Positions 33,810-45,497 of a stretch of 64,000 nucleotides of DNA are shown here, piece by piece. The notes under the pieces were generated by a model, which was not told the origin of the DNA, ran no database searches, and was given only the letters and a program-made list of their open reading frames with translations. How positions within the stretch are numbered: position 1 is the first letter of the stretch; every line of letters starts with the position of its first letter. The position numbers and the translations under genes were made by a program. The DNA comes from Thecamonas trahens ATCC 50062 (lineage: Eukaryota > Protista > Apusomonadida): contig NW_013657675.1 of the NCBI RefSeq assembly GCF_000142905.1, forward strand, positions 62,001-126,000, read 5' to 3'.

Positions 33810-34664
33810 ATGTCCTCCACTCCTCTCCTCCTCACCATCACTCTCGCCCTCACCCTCACCCTCACCCTCACTCTCCTTACCCCTCCCTCCTCCGCCGCCC
33901 CCACACCCTGCACCTGGTGGCCGTCGTGGCAGCTGCGCTGGCAGCAACTGGTCACCAACTCTACCACGCCGCCACCGTACGACAACGTGGATGATGTGCC
34001 GGACGAGATCGCTATGAAGGGATCAGGCAAGACGTACTATGACTGGTCAAAGGGGAACATCCGGGAAGACTACTACGACTTTTGCGTGCCCATCTTCCCG
34101 GCGGCCGTCGGTGGCTTTGACTTTCCGTGCTCCTTTGTCAATCTCGGCGGCAGGCTGCCCACCTCGTACCTCCTCATCCCGCCATCGCCGCATTCTCCGC
34201 CGCATCAGCCAGATTGCTGCATCTTCCAGCGCCCGTGGCATGCCCCAGCTCCGGACTTTCTTCACAAGATGAAGAGTGATCTGCAGTATGTCGGGCATTC
34301 GCCCTACCGCGGCGGTGCTCGCTGGTGGCAGCTCGACGCTCCGCCATCGTCCGGCGGGCCGTTTGGCTACGGTTTTATGGGTTCCGAGTGTGGCCCAGAC
34401 GGCGCCACTCCAGCTGGCTTCTACTTTGCCGCCATCCCGCCCTACGCCTTTACCATCCAGAACTTCTTCGACTTTGACCATACCTCGCCCATCCCCGACT
34501 CCGTTTGGGACCTGCCTCCCTCGTGCGCCTCGGCCGTCCAGTGCCCTAACTTTCCCAACATCACCCATGCGGCGGCGATGTCGACCGCTAACCATCACGT
34601 CCTTGCCCCGATCGCCCTCTCTGCCCTCGCTGCCCCTGGCCACTCGACGTCGCCCATCCTCTGA
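33810..34664 (+). CDS. Secreted or lysosomal Cys-containing protein, ependymin-related-like
   Basis: Signal peptide; GKTYYDWSKGNIREDY, CC pair, PAPDF, FFDFDHTSPIPDSVWDLPPSC resemble the ependymin-related pattern. Family call is inference. Confidence 0.6.
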   Translation: MSSTPLLLTITLALTLTLTLTLLTPPSSAAPTPCTWWPSWQLRWQQLVTNSTTPPPYDNVDDVPDEIAMKGSGKTYYDWSKGNIREDYYDFCVPIFPAAVGGFDFPCSFVNLGGRLPTSYLLIPPSPHSPPHQPDCCIFQRPWHAPAPDFLHKMKSDLQYVGHSPYRGGARWWQLDAPPSSGGPFGYGFMGSECGPDGATPAGFYFAAIPPYAFTIQNFFDFDHTSPIPDSVWDLPPSCASAVQCPNFPNITHAAAMSTANHHVLAPIALSALAAPGHSTSPIL

Positions 34665-34898
34665 CCTCCCCCCTCCCCCCCCCCCTCCTCTTTCCCTCTC
34701 TTTCTCCTCCCTCTTCCTCTCCTGCCCGCCCCCCCTTCCTTGTCTCTACATCGTAACACATCATCATCGTCATACATACCCCCCCCCCTCCTCCGCCGCC
34801 TGATCCCGCCCACCCACACCCCAAGTCGCACTAGGGTCACCCACCCCACTCTACCCCCACGCCACCCCCACGCCACGCCACCCACCCCCAGCACCATC

Positions 34899-37847
34899 AT
34901 GGATCCAATGGTGGCCGCCATGTCGTCGTCCGACGACGACGAACCCGCTCCGTCTGGTCGGCTCACCCCGCCCAACCTGCGGATAGAGCCCGGTGCCGGT
35001 GACGCTGCCCGCGCTGCCCTCGCCGCCAACCCGCTCGACTACAACGCCCACCTGGCCCTGGCGCAGCACTGCCGCGATGCCGGGGACGTCCATGCTGCCG
35101 CTCGTGCTTACGCTGCTATGGCTGACTGCTTTCCACTGCCCGAAGATGCATGGCTCTGGTGGGCTGCTTACGCTGCTGACGCCGCTTCCGCCCCAGGCGC
35201 TGAGCTCGACGATCTGGCCCGTGCCGCTTGGGTCCACGCCGCCGCAGTCCGCCAGCTTGCCCTCCCGGCTCTTGCCCTGGCCTATGTTGTCTGGCTTGAG
35301 GCTGTCTTGCCGGATGTGGTTGACGGCCCGTGCCCGCCGAGCGCGCCCACGCTCGACGAGCTCTGGGGCGGACCGCTCCTCCCGCACGCCCGCACGTCGT
35401 GGGCCGAGTCGGCCACCACCGTTCTCGGCGTCTCCGAGGCCTCGGTCGGCTCGGCGCCGTGGATGCCGGTTGTCGCCCCGCCGCCGCATCCTGCTGCTGC
35501 GCTCAAGGATCCGGGCTACTGGGTCTCCGAGCTCGTGTTTCTCCTCCGCGCCTGCTGTGTGGCACCGAGCCACGAGGACGCGCTGCAGGCGAGCCACAAG
35601 GCCCGGGCCCTGCTTGTTTCACTGGGCCGGCCCGACGCCGCCGGCTCGGCCATCCTTCATCAGCTCGAGCTTGGCACCGATCCCGCCCTCGGCTCGCTCC
35701 TCCGACCGGCGCTAACCGAGCTCGATGGTGCGCTTGCGCAGGCCGACTTTGACGCCGCTGCCGCCCGCCTTGCCGCCCGCGCCGCCATGGTTGACGACGC
35801 CGAGTCGGGCGTCGAGCTCTCTGCCGGCGCACCGCAGGCGTACAACTGGTACATTGCCCACGTGACTGCCGCCGGCGACGACGCCCCGGTCTCGCCGGCC
35901 TTTGTTGTTGCCCTCTACGAGCGTTCGCTGGCAGTAACTTGCCTTGACGCCTCGACCTGGACCAGCTACATCCTGTACCTGGCTGTGACTGTCGGCGATC
36001 TGGAGTCCGCCGCTGCCGCTGCCCTCCGCGCCCTCACCTGCTGTCCATGGGTCTCGGGCCTCTGGTCGCTCCGCTACAAGCTTACCGAGCTCACCGCCTC
36101 GTCGCCCGACGACGCCCTCGCTGTGCTCAAGAATCTGTTCCAGGGTGTTGTCATTGACCCGTTTGCCAGTCTCACCTCGGACTCGTTGCCCGCCCTGCAT
36201 GCGGCCGGCTACGCCTCGCTCCGCAGGCTGGCGCCGGCCGACCCGGCCCTCTGGGCCGAGTACGTCGACGCGGTTGGGAGCCATCAACTCGCGCTCGTCC
36301 ACATGGCCCAGCTCGCTGCGCTCGAGCCCGCCGCTGGCGGCGGCCTCGGCCCTGCCGCCGCCGTTCTGAACCAAGTCAAGGCGTCGAGCCCGGCGACGCT
36401 CGCCGATCCGGCGTTCATGGCCTCGGCCGTGGCCATTCTCCGTGGCGCGAGCCCGATGACCCAGACCCGCTACGACGAGACCCAATCTATGCTCCGCGAG
36501 CTCCTGGAAGCCGGAGCTGACCCGCTCTCGGTCGGCTACGCGCTCCTCGAGCTTGTCGACGCCCACGGCAGCGCCGCCGATGCCCTCGCCCTTCAGGATG
36601 AACTGGCACCGGTTCTTGCCGCCGCAAGTGCCGACGCCGCCGTCGCTCCGCCGGCCGCCATTGATCCGACCGCCGCCGCCAAGATCGAGCGCGCCAAGCG
36701 GCGCAAGGCCAAGAAAAAGGCCGCACGCGTTGAGGCCGCCAAGGCCCGCGCCGCCGCCGCCGTCGCTCCGTCCGCTGCCGCCTCCGACTCGTCACCCAAG
36801 AAGCGCAAGCGGAGGAACATGGCGGTCGACTTTGACGACGCGCCACCGGCCGCCGACGAGAACGCGTCAGCCAAGCGCGGCGCTGCCGAGGTCAACACCG
36901 TCAACGTTCTGATCCTTGGCTCGGTGCCCGCCTCCGTCGACGCCGATGCCGTTAGTGCACTCGTCAAAGATTATGGCGCTGTCGAGTACGTTTACTTGGC
37001 CCACCCGTTTGTCCTCGTCGGCTTCCCGGCCGGTGCAGACGGCGCCGCCGCGCTCGATGCTGCCATCCGCGGCCTGCACGGCCACCAGCTCGAGTCGGGT
37101 GACGAAATCGGCGCGTTTTCGGGCGCGTCGGGCAAGGGCTGCGATCTGCGGACCGTCAACATCCTCAACCTCGACTACAACGCCACCGCTGCTGACCTCC
37201 GCGAGCTCCTCTCCGAGTACGGCCGCGTCGTCCGGGTCCACATCAAGACCGATGCCAAGACCGGGCGCCACCGCGGTTTTGCCTTTGTCGAGTTTGCCTC
37301 GCCGCACCCTGTTGACGCCCTGGTCGACGCAACTCAGCCGCTGGCCATCCACGGGCGCCAGCTAGTCTTCAACCGCATCCGCACTAAGCGCCGGGCTCAT
37401 GAGCCCGAGCCTGTCGAGGCCGTCAAGGGCCGCAAGGCCGAGCCGCGCACCCTCTTTGTGGAAAACCTTCCGTACATCTCGCCCAAGGCCCTCCGCGAGC
37501 TCTTCGAGCAGGCCGGACCGGTCAAGGATATCCGCTGGCCCGAGTACAACGGTCGTCGCAAGCGATTTGCCTACATCGAGATGGAGACCGAGGCCGGCGC
37601 CACCGCCGCCCTCTCCAAGAACCACTCGTTTGTCAAGGGCCGGCCCATCCGGGTCTCGCGCTCGCGCCCGCGGCTCAAGGCCGCCCCGCCGCCGAAGAAG
37701 CGCGAGACCGTCGCCGAGCGCCGCGCCCGTCGCGGCCAGCGCGTCGCCGTCCCCATGCTCCCACGTTCAATCGCGCTTGCCACGGATGCCTCGGCCACTG
37801 CCGCTGCCCCACCCCCGTCGGCCCCGACCTCGATGGACACCGAGTAG
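34899..37847 (+). CDS. SART3: SART3/Prp24-like U4/U6 recycling factor (HAT repeats + 3 RRMs)
   Basis: LAANPLDYNAHLAL...MADCFPLPEDAWLWW, LYERSL, RALTCCPWVSGLW; RRMs (RGFAFVEF, TLFVENLP, KRFAYIEM); MLPRSI near the C-terminus. Confidence 0.85.
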   Translation: MDPMVAAMSSSDDDEPAPSGRLTPPNLRIEPGAGDAARAALAANPLDYNAHLALAQHCRDAGDVHAAARAYAAMADCFPLPEDAWLWWAAYAADAASAPGAELDDLARAAWVHAAAVRQLALPALALAYVVWLEAVLPDVVDGPCPPSAPTLDELWGGPLLPHARTSWAESATTVLGVSEASVGSAPWMPVVAPPPHPAAALKDPGYWVSELVFLLRACCVAPSHEDALQASHKARALLVSLGRPDAAGSAILHQLELGTDPALGSLLRPALTELDGALAQADFDAAAARLAARAAMVDDAESGVELSAGAPQAYNWYIAHVTAAGDDAPVSPAFVVALYERSLAVTCLDASTWTSYILYLAVTVGDLESAAAAALRALTCCPWVSGLWSLRYKLTELTASSPDDALAVLKNLFQGVVIDPFASLTSDSLPALHAAGYASLRRLAPADPALWAEYVDAVGSHQLALVHMAQLAALEPAAGGGLGPAAAVLNQVKASSPATLADPAFMASAVAILRGASPMTQTRYDETQSMLRELLEAGADPLSVGYALLELVDAHGSAADALALQDELAPVLAAASADAAVAPPAAIDPTAAAKIERAKRRKAKKKAARVEAAKARAAAAVAPSAAASDSSPKKRKRRNMAVDFDDAPPAADENASAKRGAAEVNTVNVLILGSVPASVDADAVSALVKDYGAVEYVYLAHPFVLVGFPAGADGAAALDAAIRGLHGHQLESGDEIGAFSGASGKGCDLRTVNILNLDYNATAADLRELLSEYGRVVRVHIKTDAKTGRHRGFAFVEFASPHPVDALVDATQPLAIHGRQLVFNRIRTKRRAHEPEPVEAVKGRKAEPRTLFVENLPYISPKALRELFEQAGPVKDIRWPEYNGRRKRFAYIEMETEAGATAALSKNHSFVKGRPIRVSRSRPRLKAAPPPKKRETVAERRARRGQRVAVPMLPRSIALATDASATAAAPPPSAPTSMDTE

Positions 37848-37957
37848 CCCACTAAACTCCGCCCCATGCCCTGCACACTTGCCTGCCCCGAGTTTCTCCG
37901 CATCGCATCTTCCGTACAGACTCTGACCAGCACTCGACTCCGCCGACCAGCAACGAC

Positions 37958-40471
37958 ATGGCATTGGCCTATGGCCCTGAAGTGGACGATGCAGTGACCA
38001 TGCTCAAAGACCAGAACGCCTCTGACAACTGGTACGCACACGACATACACTCCCCTTTCTTCCCCCTGCTCTCTGCCTCCACCTATGTGGTGAGGTGAGG
38101 TGACCATCCCCCGCATGGACCACGTGGCCGTTGCCGTGCGACCGATTCGGGCGAACTGGCATGGCGGGGGGGGGGGGGGAGGGGGGGGGATGACCACCCG
38201 CAACGACGACGACCAAGCCCACCAGCCCCCCCCCCCCCCCTGATGTCCAAGCTCGGGGGTGCGCGCGACGACAATTTTTGCTTCGTTGNNNNNNNNNNNN
38301 NNNNNNNNNNNNNNNNNNNNNNNNNNNNNNNNNNNNNNNNNNNNNNNNNNNNNNNNNNNNNNNNNNNNNNNNNNNNNNNNNNNNNNNNCCCCCCCCCTCC
38401 CCCCCTTGCGCGCTCACCTCCACCAACTACTAACCTTCTTCCCCTTCCACACCCATGTGTAGGGCCCTCCTCAACTATGACGGGACAACGTCGCCGCGGT
38501 TGGTGGTGACCGAGGTGGGCAAGGGCCTGCCTGCCCTGGCACGGGCTACCAAGGACTCGGTTGTTCAGTTTGGTCTGGTTCGGGGTGCTATGGGCTACGG
38601 CAAGATCAATGTGGTGGTGTATGTGGGGGAGAGGGCCGATGCCCACATGAAGGACTCGGCCTTTGCTCATGCGTCTGATGTGCTGGCTAAGAAGCTGGTC
38701 GGCTGCGAGGCAAACGTGCTCATTGCTAATGCCGACAGTGATCTCCGCAACTGCTCCTACCTGAATGCCAGGGATCTGAGGGCCACAAAGTGGGGTGTTC
38801 GCCCCATCAAGACTTGGTCAAGTTCGTCCACTGGTGGCGCGGCGGCCAGCTCTGCCGGTGGCAAGTGGGGCAAGCCGGCTCCGGGCGGGGCCAAGCCTGC
38901 ACCTGGAGGGGCCAAGCCTGCGCCTGGCGGAGCCAAGCCTGCACCGGGCGGCTCCAAGTGGGGCAAGCCTGCGCCTGGCGGAGCCAAGCCTGCACCGGGC
39001 GGCTCCAAATGGGGAAAGCCTGCGCCTGGCGGAGCCAAGCCTGCACCGGGCGGCTCCAAGTGGGGCAAGCCCGCGCCTGGCGGGGCCAAGCCTGCACCTG
39101 GCGGGTCCAAGTGGGGCAAGCTGCGCCTGGCGGAGCCAAGCTGCACCGGGCGGAGCCAAGCCTGCACCGGGCGGCTCCAAATGGGGCAAGCCTGCACCTG
39201 GCGGGGCCAAGCCTGGCGGCTCCAAGTGGGGTGCCAAGTCAGAGCCCGAGCCGAAGGAAGAGGTGCCGATTGCGTCGGGCGGAGTGGCTGCGCGCGCAGC
39301 CATGTTTGCCAACGCCGAGCCGGCAGCCAAGTCGAGCCCGCCGCCGGCCAAAAAGTGGGGCGGCTCTGCAGGTGGGGAGAAGAAGCCGGCGCCGGCGGCG
39401 TCCAAATGGGGGGGCAGCCCGGGCGGCGCGAGCTCGGGTGGCGCCGGCGGCGCGGGGAAGCGCTCGTCGGTGGCGTCCAAGGCGGCCATGTTCAATCAGC
39501 CGGCGCAGGAGTCGACTCCGCCACCGGCGAAGAAGTGGGGCGGCTCTGGCGGCTCTGGCGGTTCGTCCGCGCCGGCCAAAAAGTGGGGCGCGCCTGCCGC
39601 CGAGGAGAAGAAGCCGGCACCGGCGGCGTCCAAGTGGGGCGCGCCTGCCGCCGAGGAGAAGAAGCCGGCACCGGCGGCGTCCAAGTGGGGCGCGCCTGCC
39701 GCCGAGGAGAAGAAGCCGGCACCGGCGGCGTCCAAGTGGGGTGCGCCTGCCGCCGAGGAGAAGCCGGCACCGGCGGCGTCCAAGTGGGGTGCACCGGCGG
39801 CGAAGAGCAATGCACCACCGCCGCCGGCGGCTGCATCGAAGTGGGGCGCGCCGGCAGCCGAAGAGAAGAAGGCGACTCCGCCGCCGCCGGCGTCGTCCGG
39901 CGGATGGGGTGCACCTGCCAGCACGCCTGCAGACGACGGCGGTTGGGGCAACGACAATGACGATGGCGGATGGGGCGACGATGCTGCCGATGACGGCGGA
40001 TGGGGTAATGATGCCGCAGACGACGGTGGGTGGGGATCGACGCCCGCTGCGCCTGCGGCTACGCCCGCTCCACCGCCGCCGGCCGCTGCCTCTATTTCTA
40101 TCCCGCCGCCGCCCGCGCTTGCTGACGACGGATGGGGCGCCGAGCCTGCAGTCGCCGATGACGGCGGATGGGGCGCCGAGCCTGCAGTCGCCGATGACGG
40201 CGGATGGGGTGCCGAGCCTGCAGTCGCCGATGACGGCGGATGGGGCGCCGAGCCTGCGGTTGCCGCCGAGCCCGCGGCTGCCGTGCCAGCCGACTTCTAT
40301 GTCGCCACCGTGCTGTACGACTACGCTGCCGCAGAGTCGAATGAGATCAACCTCACCGCCGGCGAGGAGGTCTACGTCTACGAGTTTATCGACGACGGTT
40401 GGTGGTCGGGCGAGAACATTGCCGGTGAGGTTGGCATGTTCCCCTCTAACTTTGTCGAGCTCCATCAGTGA
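37958..40471 (+). CDS. Abp1/drebrin-like protein: ADF-H domain + WG-repeat region + SH3; intron 38032-38462 (contains a gap); frameshifts near 39121 and 39141
   Basis: [25 protein letters not shown]|ALLNYDG...VQFGLVR...VVYVGE (ADF-H); C-terminal [17 protein letters not shown]...DGWWSG...GMFPSNFVE (SH3). Confidence 0.88.
38860..40270 (+). repeat. Coding repeat arrays: [40 protein letters not shown](AEPAVA)
   Basis: 51-bp, 51-bp and 36-bp near-perfect units. Confidence 0.92.
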
Positions 40472-40498
40472 GCCAACAAAGCTGCCCAGTGAACACAA

Positions 40499-41949
40499 TC
40501 AATGCACGACCGGCGTTACTAACTCCCGCCTTGACGGCTCGAGCGCCAACAGGCCCATGACAGTAGCTCGCCACCGCAGCGGCAGCGCCGCGTACGGCAG
40601 GCCGGCCACGCCCTGCACCGCATCGCTCGCCAGGCTTTGCACAAACATCACCGGCGCGCCGCTGACGGCTTCCACCATAGCCTCAAACGCATCGGGCGCG
40701 AGCAGATGGAACAGCACCATGCCGAGTTGCCACAGCATGGCGTCCTTGGACGCGACCACACTTCGCGCCCCGCCGACCGCCGCCGCGAGCACGCCTGGCG
40801 ATGCGTACACCGTCGCCAAGTTACCACTCGCTAGCGGTGTTCCCTCGAGCGTGGCAAACCGCAGGTGGCGGATCCTCCATCCCAGCTCGTAGCGGGCAAA
40901 CGCGCTCGGCGTCAGCCGCAGGTGTGCCACCCCGCGCTCTGCTAGGACCGCCACCGCCGCCACAATGCCACTCGCAATCGCGCCCGGTGGCTCCAGCGGG
41001 AACCCGGGCTGACATCCTGTCTCTAGATAGCTGTCGAGCGCCAGAAACGGCGTCGCTACCGCGAGTACACATTCGGCGGTCACGGCGTCGCCCGCAGCGG
41101 CGAGGACCTCAGCAGCGGCCTCGGGGCCTAGGAGCGACACCACCGCACTCGATGCAAGGTACTGATGGAGCTTGGACGCGACAAGCGCAGACCGTGGCTT
41201 GTCACACACCACCAGCGTGCCGATCGGCGCGTGCGCCGCATCGTCCGCGAGCTCGACCACAATCTCGCCCGCCACGTCCGGGCCGGCCACAGTCGCCGGG
41301 GGGACGCGCCGGATGGTGCCACATTCCGCAGCGGGAGCTCCAAAACAAACTCAAGCACGGTGCCTCTCCCACTGGCGGCGGCCGCGAGGGCCGGTCCGGC
41401 AGAGGCTGCGGCCAGGCCGTTATCGACCCACTCGAGGCGAGCCAGCGGCGAGTCGAGGCCAGCCACTGCCATCATCTCCGGCAGCAGATCGGCCGAGCCA
41501 CGATTGCGACTCGCACACACATCTACAAGCGTGTCCGACACCCGTAACGCAGTGAGGAGAGCCGAGAGACCGTGATCACCCAGTCCGTTGCCAGCCAGAT
41601 CGAGGGCGGTGAGCGCCGGCGCAAGGGCGACGGCATCGGCCACAGCCACCCCGCCAGCAGGCCCGAGGCAGTTGTCCGGCAGCGCGAGCGAGACCAGCAC
41701 CATAGGCAGCGGAAGCAGCGACCGTACTGCGCGCGAGTCAATGCCGGCGTAGGCTATAGCCAGCTCTGTCACTGGCGCGGTTCCCGGCGCGATCTCCGGC
41801 GCGGTTCCTGGCGCGGACGAGGGCTCGGCGGCGGCACGGATGGCAGCCACGTCGCGGGCGCCCAGCAGCGGGACGGGCGCAGAGAGGGCAAGACGGCCAT
41901 GGCATGGCACGAGAGAGGCGACAGCAGGGTGGAGTGGCGGGTTGGCCAT
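40499..41949 (-). CDS. RNI-like LRR + pseudokinase protein; frameshift in a C-run near 41300
   Basis: LALPDNCLGPAGG and LDLAGNGLGDHG LRRs. Kinase C-lobe pattern VAHLRLTPSAF / IRHLRFA / TVYASPG / MLWQLGMVLFHLL / LLALEPSRR lacks the HRD and DFG aspartates. Confidence 0.7.
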
Positions 41950-42155
41950 GGTGGAGCGAGGTGTGAGTGTGTGTGTGCGGGGCGCAGTGGTCCGTGGCCA
42001 GTGGCGCCGAGTCGCCGCGGGACCGGCGCGGTGAGCACGGACAGCCGGGAAAGCCGACGCTCGCAGACCCGGATGATCGACGCGTGCGGCAACGGGGAGG
42101 GCTGGCGGTGCGGCGGGAACAGCGGTATGCTGGCAGGATAAGGGGTGGACGCGGT

Positions 42156-45031
42156 TTATCGGCGGATTCGGCGGGAGGCCGAGTGCTGTTGCTGGGAGGC
42201 AAAAACCTTGCGCTGAACATTCATGCGCGCTGTGTAAAAGGCGACAGCGTCGGGATCCTCCTTGGCGATTCGCTGGGTCTGCTGCAGATCCCACTTTTCG
42301 CCGTCGTCGAGCACGTCCTGGTTCGGCTCCAGTAGCTCCGAGGCCGAGGCGGCGGGCTTGAGCGGGAGATGGCCAAACGAGGCCATAAACCACTCGTCAA
42401 AGTCTGCCAGCAGCCGCTGGCGGCACTCGGTAACGTGCCGATCGAGGTACGAGACATCGGCCTTGGCCGCCTTGTACGCCTCAAACGCCTCGCGGTACGT
42501 CGCCTTAGCCTCCTGCAGCTCGACCAGTACCTGGTACTCGTCCTCGTCGATGACCTCGACGGGCTCGCTCGAGGCGGCCGCGTCGTGAGCACCAGGCAGC
42601 GCCGACGGCGCAACCGCCGGCGGCGCGCCTACCCGCGACTCACGGAGCGCGTTGAGCTTGGCCCGCAGCACGTCGATGGCCGCCTTGGCTCCGTTGACGC
42701 TCAGGCCCGCTTCGCGGAGCAGGCGCTTCTTCTCGTGGTACACCCGCTTGTTCTCCTCGAGAATGCCAGCGATCTCTGCACCGGCCGTGTGCTTAAACTC
42801 GGAGAACGCGTCCTCACGCGACGGTCGGAAAGCGTGCGATGACGACGGGCGCGAGCCGTCGCCCCCGCCCCCGCCACCGCCATATCCCGACGCAGCCGAC
42901 GCAGCCGACGCGTTGCCGGGTCGCCCGCCGGCTGAGGGTCCACGCCCGCCGTCGGGCGTCTCGTGGTCGGCAACGACTGACCCACCTTCGAGGTCGTCGC
43001 CGCCACGCGACGGCGAGCGCGCCCGATCGGCGTCGCCCGCCGCGCCGCCGCCGGGGAGGTGCGCAGCCGAGGGAGTACGGGAGAGGTCGTGCCCACGCGG
43101 ATGACCCTTGGAGGTCGACGGCGGATCGTGGCCGCCGGCCTCGCGGCCCATCGATGACGTTGTCCGCTTCTTCTTCTTCTTCTTGGCCTTGTTGCCGAGC
43201 GGCGACATGCCCTTAGGCGTGGTCCGCCCCGAAGCGCGCGAGCGGCGACGGGAGCGGCCGTCGGGCTCACCGTCGGCCTCGTCGCCGCCGCGGCCGCCAT
43301 CGCCCGAGTCGTGGTCGCCGTGGCCTGCGCGCATCTCCTTGCGTCCACGCTCGCTGGCCAGCCGCTTCTTGCGCGGTGCCTTGTGGCGTGCGACCTTGCC
43401 CGACGGGCGGCGCTTGAGCGCGTCCGAGTTGACCGGCTTGGCATCGTCGGCAAACTCGCCGAGATGGAAGCCGTCCGAGTCGAGCTCGCCGACGCCGCCG
43501 CCGGTCGCCACCATGGACTTGACATCGAGCGCCGACGGCGCATCAGCCGGCGGCGCCGACGTCCCGTAGTGGTCGCGCAGCTTCTTGAGCGCGCTTGCCT
43601 CGACGTTGTTGAGAATGACCCTGAACTGGGCAAAGGTCTCGCGGATGTGCCGGATGTTGATGACCGGCAGCTCGTCGAGCTCGCCGGTCAGGTACGCCTT
43701 GACCTGCTTGTTGAGCTCGTAGCGTTCCTGGTCGGTGTAAGGATCGTAGACAATGTGGGCCCGGTTTGAGAGCGCGTCGTGCATAGCCAGCTCCTCCTTG
43801 AGCTCGCGGATGTCGGCCTCATACTTTTTGCACAGTGCCGCGAGGTCATACTGCACGTTGATGGTCGGCTCGTTGGAGACCCGCATCATGCGCTGTGCAA
43901 AGCGAAGCGTGCTGATGGTCTCCTCCAGCTGCGAGGCCTCGGGCCAGATGTTGGCGATCATGAGGGTCTTGCAGTTTCCCCCGATCGAGTCCTTAAGCAC
44001 ATTTGTCAGCTTGGTCTGCCGGTACGGAATGTGCGATCGCCGGTCGCCGAGCGCCACCACCACCTGCTCCAGGAACGTCAGACTCTGGTTGATGTACTTG
44101 GCCTCCTGCAGCGTGACTCCAGTCGAGTCTGTCTTCTTCACCCGCTCCGACCCGGCAAGATCCACCAGGTTGAGCTTGGACGTCAGAACCTTTTCGGTCG
44201 ACTCGACCCGCGACCGCGACTCGACGTGGAGGGTAAAGATGGTGTGCGACCGCGACGAAGCCTTGTTGAGCGAGTGCGAGCCCACAATACGGTTCGTGTC
44301 TCCCTCAAACAGAAGGTTGAGCGCCTCCTCCTCCGACGTCGCCACCACGTGCGAGAGCCCACGGACGTGGGTGTTGCCCGCCGAATCCTCCACAATGGTC
44401 AGATCAGGAGCCGAACCGACCGGCCCGCCGCCAAAGGTGCCCGTTCCGCCGGCCCCAGGCACGACCCGGCCGGTCACAGGCGCCAGCAAGTCGTACATGT
44501 GCTCATTGTACAGCTCGAGATAGGAGATACGGACGGTAAAGGCGAGTGCTGGCTTGGCCTCGATGGTCTTGAACAGGTGCGCAATGGCCCTGGGAATGAT
44601 GCCCCGATGGCGGTAGTTGTCTGTGGCGCCAGTCATGGTGAACGTCTTTCCGGCACCCGTCTGGCCATACACCATCACCGATCCGTTGTATCCCTCCACC
44701 GCCGAGTCGACCATAGGCCGCGCCAGCCTGGCAAAGACCTCGTCCTGCGGCGCATTGTGCAGCACCTTGTCGCAAGAGAACGACCACGCCTCCTGCTGGT
44801 TGTTGACGTATCCCTGGCTCTTGGACCGCATCACCTTGACATCCACGCTCTGTGCGGTAGAAGGTGATTGAGTGAGTGTGTGCGCGTGTGTGCGTGTGGG
44901 CTATGTATCCTACCTCTGCTGTGTGGGCAGGAGCGGCGTACGTTGGCTTCAGTGTCGACGGTGATGTTGTCCTGTGCAAACTGTAGCGTCGGTCGTGTCC
45001 GCACGCACACAGTCACCGCTGACCGCACCAT
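42156..45031 (-). CDS. KIF9: Kinesin-9 (KIF9/KLP1-like, flagellar); intron 44850-44941
   Basis: VCVRTRP, GYVNNQQEAWSF, GQTGAGKT, SSRSH, DLAGSE, ELAMHDALSNR, C-terminal DVLDDGEKW...EDPDAVAFYTAR. Confidence 0.93.
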
Positions 45032-45078
45032 GGTGGAGGTGTGGTACGTGTGTATATATATGTGTGTGTGTGTGAGGT

Positions 45079-45109
<31 letters not shown>

Positions 45110-45167
45110 TAGTGGTGGTGGGTGGGTGAGTGAGGTCTGTTGCGGCTGCGTTTGGTTGGCCAACGGC

Positions 45168-45421
45168 GGCGGGCGAGTGGCTGGTGGCGATTGACGGGCG
45201 AGTAGCGGGCGAGTGGCTGGTGGCGATTGGCGGGCGAGTGGCTGGTGGCGATTGACGGGCGAGTAGCGGGCGAGTGGCTGGTGGCGATTGGCGGGCGAGT
45301 GGCTGGTGGCGATTGGCGGGCGAGTGGCGGGCGAGTGGCTGGTGGTGAGTGGCGGGCGAGTGGCGGGCGAGTGACGGGCGAGTGGCTGGTGGCGAGGCGG
45401 GCGAGTGGCGGGCGAGTGGGC
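45168..45421. repeat. Tandem repeat of 11-bp GGCGGGCGAGT and 14-bp GGCTGGTGGCGATT units in a divergent promoter
   Basis: Includes a 61-bp higher-order unit present twice. Confidence 0.9.
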
Positions 45422-45497
45422 AAGCACGGGTGGCTCGATGACCGCGTCCAGTTATGGCGACAGGCGTAGGCGGTGACACTTGTCGTTGCCTCTGCGG

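Noticed and set aside
8148-40471. PX, WH2, F-BAR-J and Abp1 genes as an endocytosis gene cluster
   Set aside because: Interspersed with unrelated genes; such domains are common, so chance is sufficient.
45168-45421. Repeat arrays as CRISPR (also 22012-22099 and 49968-50040)
   Set aside because: No unique spacers, no cas genes, eukaryotic context.
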